NCBI GenBank assembly: GCA_002633005.1
Contig: NMRA01000012.1
Coordinates: forward strand, 1,134,564-1,198,563
DNA length: 64,000 bases
Source: Phoronis australis
Taxonomy: Eukaryota > Animalia > Phoronida
Direction: 5' to 3'
Shown: one piece after another, positions 37,901 to 48,862 of the stretch
Layout: the number at the start of each line of letters is the position of its first letter
Position numbering within the stretch: position 1 is the stretch's first letter
Notes under the pieces: generated by a model
The model's database searches: none
Seen by the model: the letters and a program-made list of their open reading frames with translations, nothing else
Told to the model about the DNA's origin: nothing
Program-made: the position numbers and the translations under genes

Positions 37901-39737
37901 AGTATTTTAGCAGTAGAAATCTGTAAGTTGCAAAGTAAGAAATTTTGGTTATTGTTTAGAATGTGACTCTAAAATCAACAATAGAATTTCGAAACTGCAG
38001 GACCAATAGTTACTCCTACAAAAATTTCTCTATCTAAAAACAACTATCAAATTATATTTAATCCAAAAATAATATACATATCTAAGAAAAAATTACCCAC
38101 ACAACTAAGCAAAATCAAATCGTCTGCCTCTTTCAACAGTAAAATTCTTCACTCTTCTTTATTTTCTACAAATTAATCATCCTTACCAGCGGTGGATCTA
38201 CATGGAATTCAGCAATTTAAAAACCACCCAGGAGGCACAACCAAAAAACAGTTCAGTTAACTGCATATACATCTTATGCTGCATTACAATTTACCTATCG
38301 CCAGGATTTGAGTGTCGGCTTAACTGACCAATCAGAACGCAGCATTCTTGACACACATTTGTTTCCAAGACGCATTTTTACCCGAAAAATAACACGTTGT
38401 CGGGCAAAACTTATTGTTTGCTTGTCGACATTTCGCAAGAGGGCGGAGCTTGCGATTGGTCAATTATTTGGTAATTTCTTAACAGTAAAAAAACACCGTG
38501 AGCACTACACTCAAGGGAGATGAATCCTCAAAAGCATTTTGATATTATTACCTTGCCAATGAAGGTTAAGTTGTCACTAATTGTTGACTCTGGTAAAACT
38601 TCATTAGGACGAGGGCAGGGTAAACAGTATCAAACATAAACAAAAGAGAACAGTGTTAGCAGGTGAGTGGTTACTTAGTACTCCTAAGGAAACCGGGCTG
38701 TTCCAGTGCTATCTTGTAGTTGGACAATAAATATCAACTGGGAAAACCGGTGTCGTCGTCCGCTCTTGATATCACGAAACTTGATCTGAGCTCCCATTGT
38801 ATTGTTCAGGGCAATTATCACATTAGCGATGTCTTCACGGCAATAAAATATAGAATGAATAAATCAATGAAATGTCAAGGTCAGAAACTGGTATTTTTAA
38901 CGTGTTTAGCTACTGAAATTAAATTCCTCGGGACAAGTGTAGTGAGACGTCACTTGACCTGTCTCACTGCTGTGCTGGCCTTCTGCCGCGCTTGCCCTCT
39001 GTCGGCATCGAGAGACGACTGCTGTTCGTCTTGGAGACTGCCGACGTTGGCCGTTCCGGCCCATATGCCAGTGATGGCCAATGAGGGCGCTACATGAATA
39101 TTCAGCGGCCTTCTGCGGCCGATACAAAAGGCTGGCGCACCACTGGAGGGGAGCTTTTGACTACTACTGAAAACGATTGAACGCACGACCACTGAATAGG
39201 AGCACCGTATCATAAGGTAAGACCTCTTGGAATCACTACATAAGTTAGTGTAGAATCATTCGTTCTCCAAAGAAATATGTTAAGAATTGGCCAAAACATT
39301 GTGATGGGTTTTCATTAGTTGACAACATTTTTGAATCGATGCCTCTGAAAACTGGTGTCGTTTAGAATATGGACGAAACGAGAGTAAGTTGTAATGTGAG
39401 GAGGGGGCGGACGAGTGACCAGGAAGAGTAGCTGCCCCCCCNCCCCCCCCCCACAGCCTATAGACTTCGGCAACCAATTTGTTTAACGCCTCTCCACCCT
39501 TGAACTCCTAAGCTTTGATTGCCTGGCAGTGTCAGTGATGACGGAGTCAACAACTCAACGACTCGTGCCTCGATCACTCAGAACACGAAGTGGCAGTGGC
39601 AGAGGCACCGACCAGTTAACGAGTGCTTTCTCAACATGAGTTTCTACATGAAGTTCGGTTTGCTTTCAAACCCTTTAGTATTTACAAGTTAATGCACTTA
39701 CATCTTTTGGGATATTTTTAACGACAAGACGAGACAT
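19972..39737 (-). CDS. RBM19: RNA-binding protein 19 (Mrd1 orthologue, multi-RRM 40S biogenesis factor), 23 coding exons, ~817 aa
   Basis: Exons in transcript order: 39702-39737 (MSRLVVKNIPKD), 37612-37794, 37085-37204, 35587-35643, 34922-35060, 33986-34023, 33211-33358, 32139-32210, 31878-31948, 31598-31645, 30323-30398, 29678-29808, 27885-27945, 27503-27654, 26956-27066, 26343-26543, 25929-26018, 24835-24997, 24278-24413, 23375-23491, 22985-23090, 22532-22655, 19972-20045. Phases are compatible and total 2454 nt. Hallmark motifs: DCTLKYTKDGVFRKFAFVGY, LKDDPEFQEF, TGRLFLRNLSYTCTEEDL, SHNWNSLF, VRMALGETQIV, SMGYGFVEF, KILVRNIPFEA, HRGFGFVDF, STHLYGRRLVLEWA. The small linker exons and the last exon are less certain than the RRM exons. 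Confidence 0.95.
23091..23374 (-). other. GC-AG intron in RBM19
   Basis: Donor AG|GCAAGT and acceptor TTAG|. Splicing yields ELF-R-VFGELKTVRLP, matching the last RRM. Confidence 0.85.
25756..25930. repeat. 35 bp minisatellite x5 overlapping an RBM19 splice donor
   Basis: Unit CATTATTCTAGCTCAATGTTAAGGAAAACCTACCT, one substitution in the first copy. Confidence 0.95.
28828..29589. mobile_element. PIF/Harbinger-type MITE (762 bp) in an RBM19 intron
   Basis: TAA duplication at 28825-28827 and 29590-29592; ~35 bp imperfect TIR GGGCT(A/G)TTCCAG(C/T)AAAATC(T/C)GT(A/G)TGGGAGGGGG. Confidence 0.8.
30509..30642. repeat. 67 bp tandem duplication
   Basis: GAAGCCAAATTCCACCGTCAG...TTACAGGAAA twice with one mismatch. 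Confidence 0.9.
32823..32867. repeat. 16 bp tandem repeat x3
   Basis: TTCCGGGAGAAAGTTA repeated. Confidence 0.85.
35760..36482. mobile_element. Old foldback (long-TIR) element; related arms at ~9165-9607 and ~31020-31483
   Basis: 35760-36150 is a diverged reverse complement of 36165-36482. Blocks such as TTTAGTAAAATTTAGC...TTCATAGCAAAAC and AGCCCCTCAT...AAAGTGGAACATTTT recur in three places. Confidence 0.6.
38935..39280 (-). ncRNA. Candidate structured intronic RNA with a 3' H/ACA-like module (family unassigned)
   Basis: GC-rich island with several nested stems. On the minus strand an H-box-like ACAGCA (38973-38968), a short hairpin GTGAGAC/GTCTCAC and an ACA (38940-38938) occur in order. 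Strand and boundaries are uncertain. Confidence 0.35.
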
Positions 39738-40030
39738 TATGGAAAGGGAAAACGATGAAAACAACAGTTACATCTTCACGTGTGAAGGAAACCGGAAATC
39801 TGTTCGTGCTGACCTCTTTTGTTAGTTCCGAAAGTACTTGAGCATTGCTGTTCATGTGGACCCTGAATGAGATACCTATAGCTCATTGGTTTGGACTAGC
39901 CGGGTACTGCCATAGCTACAAAACTCGTTCCATTGAAAAATAACAAAATTGCATAATTAAAAGGTACACAGGGTGAAATTTAAAATGTGAAAGCTCAGTG
40001 ACGTTACATAGCTCGCGCGGGTAGCGGACA
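39738..40030 (-). promoter_or_regulatory. RBM19 core promoter/5' UTR with Myc-type E-box
   Basis: CACGTG at 39777-39782, 40 nt from the ATG; ETS-like ACCGGAAAT at 39791-39799; TGACGT and CGCGCG near 40000-40020. TSS-proximal CACGTG boxes are a known feature of animal ribosome-biogenesis genes. Confidence 0.5.
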
Positions 40031-43000
40031 GCTGAGCCTGGTCATGAGACTAGGTTGTGGGCATCGCGGATCCTTCTGGTTTTATTTTCGTCGGATAGTT
40101 TTTATCAGTGTTTTTCTGTTGTGAATCTGTATTCTGTCTTGAGATTAAGTTGAATGTTTTCGTCTCGCCTTAAATTATAGACAACAAGTCTATGGTCTTA
40201 CTGTATCCACGGCTTATCACCAGGACAACTTGAAACATATGCCCCTGAGGACAAAACATGCCACTGAAGATCATTTGCGGGGCCTGTTCGGCAGACTAAA
40301 CAAATAAATATGGACAACATTTGGCTATCCTGGTAGTTCAAGTACATGAGCTTTCGCGTTTTTTTTTTCAAAATATTGTTTTTGCTGAAGTTTCATTCGG
40401 GCGCACGCTCCAAAGCTTTCCGTGATTGAGGAGTGGGGCCGGCCTAGGTTACTAATACAAAGTGGCTCAAGTGAGACTTTGATGCAGTTATCCTCGGCTT
40501 ATTTCTGAACTCATTTTACTACTTTTGTGGCCTACACATTTCACTTTATGTTTGTGATTTGATATAAGATTTTCTAATTAAGAAAATTATTCAATCAATC
40601 TGTTATAGTCCGGCGTACTGGGTCTACAATCAGGATGTCGATGTCTGTGCTTCCCGTATTTCTCGACCGTTTCACTTAAGAGCATGATACGATTTTTGCC
40701 TATTAACAGATATCAAAAACGACTTTCCAATCCAGTTCTCTGAAACAAAATAATGCTCTGTAACTCTTGACCTCAAAAGTTAGGAGGAAAACTGATTTGA
40801 AAACTCATGACAAGGTCTGGTACTCGAGCTGCAGGTGTCTACCCTCGGCTGGAAAAAAAACAATCTGTATGTAGAATCCCTTTGATGTGTACATATATTT
40901 ATTTGGCTTTGAAAGTCGAGCCTGTCTATGAAAGGCTCATTCATACTGTAATTGTGACATTTGTAACAACAAGCCTGAGCGCGATTAAGCCCACGCATTG
41001 CCAGTTTGGAAAATACAATTGTTTCCTTCAAAGTCTAGAGGTATGATTAGTCAGTGAAACAACATTTTAGCGATTTAGCCCCAAGAAAGTAGTGTTATTT
41101 AAAAATAGTTTTAACACCTCCGTCATAAAAACGTTTGGATTTCGCTGCAATATTATTTAAAAATACTCGTTCCACATGCCGATTTATAAGAGACGTGATA
41201 ATTCTGGTCATTGGTAATTTTACTCTTCACACAAATGGACCACGCTTACTGCTTCAAAATGTTCAATACATTAACATATCTCTTACCCCTCGCAAAATCC
41301 GTGGATACCTCTGAACTTTAAAGCAAGTTGCAATACAAAAGAAACCGACGCTCGAAAATTAAGCAAACGAATGCCGCACATGAGAGGCTTGCAGGCGCTG
41401 CTTGCCTGCCGTGCAGGCTATGATACTGTTTTATGATTAAAACGCCGAAATTTTCAACATGATCCGTCACTCACTGCAACCACGCAATCACACGCTGATA
41501 TAGCGCTAGTACTATGTCATGCTTATTGTAGCTAACACATTGGCCGCGCGGCACTGAAAAAAGTGGGGAGCTATAGCCCCCAGCTCCCTATAGTGCGCCG
41601 CCCATGTAACACGCATACATTTGTAGTAAAAATAAAATACCTGCAACTTCAAACAAACGCCTTATATATTAAACCAGTAATGATAATATATACAACATCA
41701 AAAATTAATGTTTTGGGTCTTCCCCATACTTCAAAAAAGGTTGTATCCACAACTTACTACAAAAATATGTTAAATACTATCGAGCAACAATGCTGCAGCA
41801 GTACAACAGATATATAGTGAAACAAGCATGGATAAAATTAGTTTATGATGTCAAACAGCAAAATCACATTGATTCATAGACAAGTTTATGTAAAATTCGT
41901 TATGTTCATTAAATGACAATGACATATACTCCTTCCATGAGGGTTGAAATGAAAATCTGAACTAAATTTTGGTAGTGGACGAAAAAATGACTGCCAGAGT
42001 TGAATGGCGTCGAGTTAGTTTTTATGAATTTAGTGCGAATACACCACATGCAAGGATGATATTTGTAAATTAATGTTCTCACTATGAGATCATGGTTATC
42101 TTCCGAGTGATGAACCTGTTAATAATCACTGAAATGGAATTAAAACTATTTTCTTCGGCTTGACAGGGTTTTAACTTCCTGGTATTATACTTTCGCAAAG
42201 TGATCGCATGAACGATCCACGGTTTTCAAGATGAAATCTCGCAGCCGTAAAAAAACTAAAAAAAAAACAAGTAATAAAAACGAAAATAGGAAAACGGTTG
42301 ACCGGAAGTAGGAAAATAATCTTCAAGGAATTCTCCATAAGCAGGCAGCAGTACGATTGGCGTATTGAACGGGGAAGGCCGCATTGGGCCGGGGTTACGA
42401 TGAGGAGAAATCGGGCACTGGCAGTGTGTAAAGTATTTACGCCGGTGGGGAATAGGTAGTGCCAAATGAAATCACACATTTTCATGTAAATACCACAACA
42501 TTACGACACAAAACATACAAAAGCGGCGAATTGGAAGAATGAAAATTTCAGCTCGTCTTTGCAAGAGCTTGAACACCACTGCCTGTGAACAATACCCGAA
42601 ATAGTGATAATAATGGCAAAATCATCGACATCTGATTGTTGCACGAAGATAGTATTTGTTTTGAAGATAATTATTTAAACAACATTCAACGAAAACTAGT
42701 TTTCGTGAGACACTTGTGTGTGGATTTGACTGTCAGGCGTGATTTTTATGATTGCTTACAAGTTTTACCGAAGGGAGCGAGTGTTCAATTCATTGCCGGC
42801 AGAAATCACGTTAACCGTCACAAATTCTCAAAACTTTTTATTAGAAGTCTCCAAATCCCTCGTGAGATACCAGCATGGACTTCTATGAGGTTTCCCGGGC
42901 TGGATGAAATCCATGGATTGGCCGGAGTTATATGGCATAGGTTGTTAAAATTCGGGCACTGAAGTATATACCATATGCCTCGCCCCCGAGAAAAAAACCA

Positions 43001-45136
43001 AAGTACAGATACGCCTATGTATATAACGAGGAAGGCCTTCCTGAAATATCCCATCTGGTGAAATTCTTCAGAGGTCATTAGTTTATCATGGCAGTGACTA
43101 CTGCGCTGCTTAAAAGTCGACTTTTCAGACTCCACATTCCACAGTACCCATGCTCTAATACTAGCCGTCACACAGACCAATTGCAGTGGTACTGTGAAAA
43201 TGCGGACAAAAGAAACTTTCTCCCCACCTTATTTCACCAGTTTAAAACAACATAAATGAGTCCTATCAGTCCGATGGTGTTACGAAAATTTCAAAAAATT
43301 TCAAATGGATTTTCAAATGATTCCCGTAAAAAGGCCCAATATCGCGGTATTCGTAAACGAAAGAAGTTTATTTCGCCCGTGGTAACTCAACATCAAGTAC
43401 CAGAATTTCAAATAGGTCGAAAAGAATTCACTTTTGTACTCTCACAGCGTTGAAGGGACTCATGTTTGAAAAAAAAAACATGGCAGACGATCAGATGCTT
43501 GAATGGCATCCGACGTGCGCAGATCAACATAAGTCGGGTCGATTCCACAAAACATCCGCTATCAAGAGTTGTTTTTTGGTCACCCTGTATAAACAAAGGT
43601 AATGAAAACCATGATCTCAAAAAAATCATAAAATGGTAAAACATTTTAATTAACCTTTGGTTCAAATTCTTATCTTCAAGTAAAGAAATAAGGGAAAAAA
43701 CATTTCACTTGCCCCCATCAGTTCATGAAACTTTATGGTAGACTCAGTTGTGTTGTAAACATTAATTTTCAAAACCAGAATGGTATTTAGCCTCAAGTTT
43801 AACCTTAAGTTTTGAACAACAGATGAGTCTTTAGAAATTGAAAGAACTTGTTTTGTATTAAGGGAACATCTGTGAGCTTCTGGTTGTTTATAAAGGAAGG
43901 TAGAGTACAATGTAAACTTTAATATTTTTGGTCTTAAATAGGACACACAATTTGAGAACAAGAACAGAAAATTGTTCTTGTGTGACTAGTTTTTTTAATA
44001 AAAACATATTTAAATGTTCCCCAAAAGCTCTCACCCTTTCTTGATGGCTTTTCCAAAAACTGCTGTCACAGATTTCAAAATCTTCCAAGTCTTATTTAGT
44101 ACACAATTATGATCATAAAACCATCATCACATACTGTTTTTGTACTTTGTACTTGAGATTTGGCAAACTCCAATTTCATATCAAAATAACTTAAAAGTTA
44201 TAATCAATTTAAATAAAATACCTGACACAAATTTGAAGTCCATTTTTTCATTTCGTAAAAATTGATCAAGAGAGCCCAGTTCAGCTTGTCAGAGCCTATT
44301 GCAACTTTAAAAAGTTTTTCAGTTATCATATGCTACTTTTGGTCAGTGTTCACTGAAAATCTGTGCATATAATGCTCGTTTTACTGAACATGACAAAAGG
44401 ACAACAGAGGTTACTTTTTATCGTAGAATAACCAACTTTTCAGTTGGTGTATTGCAACATTTGAGTCTTTTTTCCTAAAATGTGATTGCTTCTCAAACCC
44501 AAGTCCAATACGTCTGCTTGGTCTTTTGTGCATTTTGACAAAGGAGCTTTGTGTGGTGGTGTGATAATTGGACAATTTGTGGTCTAAGCTCGAAGATTCC
44601 TACAGTGAGCTAACATTCAAGCCTGAAGAGCAGCCCTATAGGGTAGGGAATTTTCAGATATGTTGTTAAAATGACAAATATGAACTTTTCAAGTCAATTT
44701 CATTTTGTCACAGATATGTAAATGAGTTGCCAAAGTATGTTTCAGAACAATATACAGTTACCAACTTATTAAGACATAGACAAAAACGCAATACTATAAA
44801 ATTCAGCCTGGAAACCACAGTTAGCATTATATCCAGGCTTTAGACAATGAACACACAATAATAAATATGAGTATTAAACTGTTATCAGAACATGTGAATT
44901 TACTATTTTTATCATGCCAACATTTTAACTGATGTTTCGTTAACACAGGGATCTCATCAAATAATCTGGCACATTATTTCACACTGAACAGATTCTGTCA
45001 CTGAAAAACTGTCTAAAGGTGCACAAACAGCACACGAAATAACCGCAATTGCATCATACAGCATTGAGTATTGGTTCCATCTATACTGGCGAGACACATG
45101 TGAAAGCACAGAGGTACTAATATCTCGTCGACTTCC

Positions 45137-45422
45137 TCAAGGTTTCCCAGCTACACTTGGTTGACCACATGTAATAAATGATTGTCCTTTAATGCAGAAG
45201 TCATCAAGGTTTCCCACATTGACACTAATGAAACACATCTAATAGATGTCTGATCTCTTAATACAGAAATCACCGAGGTTTCCCAGCAAATCCCTGGCAA
45301 ACTCCTCCACCAGAGATGTTCTAATGCAGAATACAAATCTGTTGTCTTATGCAGAGACCATCATGATTTTCCAGCTAGACATTGGTTAACCACCTCCAAC
45401 AAATGTCTGTTCTCTAATGCAG
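45137..45422 (-). repeat. Degenerate ~68 nt tandem copies of the CIAO2B C-terminal coding segment
   Basis: Plus-strand anchors TAATGCAG-like at 45190, 45259, 45322, 45347 and 45415, and GGTTTCCCA-like at 45141, 45208, 45277 and 45365. Confidence 0.8.
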
Positions 45423-48400
45423 CACACACACGTTCTTTGTCAGCCAGCTGTTTGTTGACTAAAATTACAAGAGAGAGCCATTAGCAGTGACTATAGGTTA
45501 GACTGATTGGCAGATTCCAGGAGGGTGTAACAATGTTGAGGTGATGACATAACTGAAGGGATGGAGGTAAGCAATGGCACTCATTCATAAGTATACACAA
45601 AACTCATCACCTTCAATCAATCATTTAAATTAATGTAATTAGTCGATCATTCATCAGTTTTTGTGGTTGGCACCCCAGTATATACTGAAAATGGCATTTT
45701 CAGGACCAAGACTTAAACCTTAAGAATTGCACGTGTGTATCTTTGGCTGAACCGAAAATAGTTGATGGCGTGGCAATACAGAAGTCGTCATTTAAATGGA
45801 TATTTTGCAAGATTTTCTACACAATAATACACCATGATAACAGGAACTTTGTTTAATAACATTATTTTGGGATTAAAATGGTAAGGCTTTGGAGTCCATT
45901 TTCCTTGACACTGGTGGAAGTTTTCAAGTTCAAAGAAGCAATGTTATTAATATCCAAATTCATGGCCTGGGCAAGAAACTTTCCCGTGTGCATCCCCATT
46001 GGGTGTATATGCAGATTGGGCTGTTGGCACAAAACTGAAAAACAAAGAAAGGCTCAGACTGTCGGGGGCCCTTTTCTTATCAGTCAACTACATTTTGATT
46101 GGATGGCAAACATTACACTGGCATTCTTACAAGGACAAAGATAGGACCACCAAAAGTGTTTTAACTGCACTTCCAACAGGTGAGTTATTTGGTGCTTTCA
46201 TTTAACTCAGTAAGAGTGGGCTAAGCTGTCAGAGACTGTGAACTTAAGTGAGTGAAGAACTTACTTGCATCCTCTGAAGCATGTGTACCTGGGGTTATAG
46301 AGACATCCACCTGGGAAATTAACAATAGATAATGGCTCATTACTAGAATGATATCTTAAGTACATAGTAAAAATAACTATGCTCATCAAGACTCCAATTT
46401 GCAACTGAATGAAGTAAATTAATAGCACAACACTAAAACCAATGAAATCACATAATGCAAAAACCAAATTTTTCAGCAAAAGATGATATTAAGATTTATA
46501 TATCAAATCTTTAGTTTCAAAATAACTTCCAAACCAACCCCGTCCTGAAATACACTGGTACCACCCAAAGTCAAAGATATTTACCCTGAACACTTGCTAA
46601 GATATTTGCAGTTGTGCTGTAGTCTTCATTAATACATTAACGTTACTATCAGATGCATCTTGCTAAATACTGACAAAGTCTTCCTGCCAAAATGCCACCA
46701 TCAGAAAATTTGATAAGTGGGACATAAGACAGGGCAAATATCTACAAAGGCACAATGTGTTAGTCTTTGATTATCTAACTCCATTCAACACTGGATGACA
46801 TTTCAAAAATTATAAGATCAATGCGTGTTTTTTTACCTTAATATAGAATGGATTGCATAATTCAGGAAAGAGAGTTAAGTAACCAAGTCATTCTGTAAAG
46901 GCAAATCCTAAACTATATCGACATACGACTATACATAGATAGCAACACCTGTATCTAACTGGTGAACAGCTCACCTTAAACCTGGCAGGCAGTGAACGCA
47001 GTAACTTGACTCGCAATGAGAGGCCAATCAGGGTGGCCATACTGCAGTGAGGAATGGTTGGAGTGAACTCAACAGTGATGCTCTCTATTTCATTGTCAAC
47101 CTGAATAAACATGATAGTAATCAACATTACACGTATCAAAAGCAAGCACTAAGTAGTACTCACAAACAGAATCAAAGTGCAATATGTTTGATTTAATTGC
47201 AGGGATATTCCTGCACTGCGTCTTTACGCCATTAGTGCATAAAAAATAAAAAGGCACAAATGCATTGCAGCAGTGCCCCCCCAGGGTGCAGCTTTTAAAA
47301 CGCAACAGTCTTCCAAAAACACAAGATTTTAGTCAACTTACAGCCACCCGGGGAAAACATGATATAATATTATTTCGATTGCCCCAGGGGTTTCTGTTTT
47401 ATATGTTACCAAAGGGCACAGGTTCAAACCTGGTCAGGAATATCCCTGTAATTGTTTGCCGTTTCGAAATGGATCATGAATAATTACATAAAACATAACA
47501 AATAATTATACAAAAAACAGCATAACACAACACAAGAACCTTTTAGTTAGCAAGGAATACTGCCATGACAACACTGACATGTTTACACTCCCATAACACA
47601 CAGTACAAGCCAAAAGTACTGATGGCTGGCAGAAGTCAAATTCACTGTCACATTAGTCTTCCCTTGTGACCGATATTGAAAGAGAACAGAAAAGTTAGTA
47701 AGGTGGCTAAGACATTTTGTAATCAATTTTGCCGCCATAATAGTTATTAACAGTCATGAGCAGACCTACCTGTATTTTTGAACATTCCACAACATTTAGC
47801 TCTTCTAGTGTCAGTGGGTGTTCAGGGTCATTGATATTTCGGATCAAATGTGAACTCAATTAAGGAATGACAAGCAACATTGGAACATGTGAAATAACAT
47901 TATGCGTTCACTAGTACGATGCAACAGATGCTGATATGTGTATGCTTGTCAGAACAAACGATGCACTTTTAAGAGGTTTGCTTTTCACTGAAGTATGACA
48001 TTTTAAAATAAACCTTGTAGAAAGAGTAAGCATTATGTTAACTCAAGTTCTAGAGTGGAGGGGCAGACTTGACTGTTTTAGTGCACAATGGGCATGTGAA
48101 GAATCCATGGCAAATATTTTCCCTGTTCTGCGGCTTATTTTCCAACATTACTGACCTGCTCCACAGTCGGGTTTCCCACAAAATCAGCCCCTGCTAGTAC
48201 CAACAAACTATCATTTGATTTTAAAAATGTTTATCCTCACACAGGGTGTTTTTAAATAAAATTGCACCCGAAGAATTTTTTGGCAAACATGAACCCAAAA
48301 AAACACAAAATGTGACTTTCCCCTGGCTCAGTATAGTCAAACCATGTAACAACATGCCTGGTTTGTAATGTTTTCTCTCCTATGATTTGTTGTTCTACGA

Positions 48401-48862
48401 GTCCAATGGCAACTGCATTGATCTCAACGTGATTACAACATACTTTGATCACAAGGGACATTTAAGAAAAATCTTGACATTGGCAAGTACATAACTGAAC
48501 AAAACGTTTGAAGATATATACGGAAGCTGCATTCCGTGGACCACAAGTCATTACTTTACACTCTCAGTGAAAAATCTTAGGCTAGTAAGCTCCCAAGCAT
48601 ACTTGCAAAGCATTTGCCTTACACTCCCGTAATTTTGCAAGGACTTGCGAGATCTTGCTTTCTTACAAGAAACTTGGTCTAAGGAACTTTGATCAGATTA
48701 TCACTCACGGACTATGATAACTAAATAAGTGGCAAGGATATCAAACACCTCTCTCTCGTCAATTGGGTCTTCAACATTATCATCAAGCTCTGCATCAGTC
48801 ACTGTTCGCTCCTTAGTCTGTTCGTAGATTGTGGGGTTGGCATTCTCCAGTGAAGTTGGCAT
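45361..48862 (-). CDS. CIAO2B: Cytosolic iron-sulfur assembly component 2B (MIP18/FAM96B), 5 coding exons, 156 aa
   Basis: Exons 48742-48862 ([14 protein letters not shown]...DPIDEREVF), 47770-47849 ([21 protein letters not shown]), 46975-47100 ([31 protein letters not shown]), 46265-46310 ([15 protein letters not shown]) and 45361-45458 ([32 protein letters not shown]). Total 471 nt. LENANP and [10 protein letters not shown] indicate the FAM96B rather than FAM96A subfamily. Confidence 0.96.
47850..48741 (-). other. U12-type (minor spliceosome) AT-AC intron in CIAO2B
   Basis: 5' end ATATCCTT at 48741-48734, branch site TTCCTTAAT at 47867-47859, 3' end AC at 47851-47850. Splicing restores the conserved EVF-D-LIR sequence. 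Confidence 0.95.

Noticed and set aside
38720-39213. Overlapping ORFs on both strands in RBM19 intron 1
   Set aside because: No recognisable domain; stop depletion is expected from local GC richness.
38935-39480. Telomerase RNA, U11, U17/snR30, 7SK, RNase P/MRP as the identity of the structured island
   Set aside because: No CUAACCC template or convincing pseudoknot, no U11 5' AAAAAGGG or Sm site, no snR30 AAACCAU motif, no 7SK GAUC pair and no P/MRP conserved regions were visible.
44900-44965. SECIS-like ATGA-N12-AAA downstream of CIAO2B
   Set aside because: The 3' strand does not pair and lacks the GA quartet partner.
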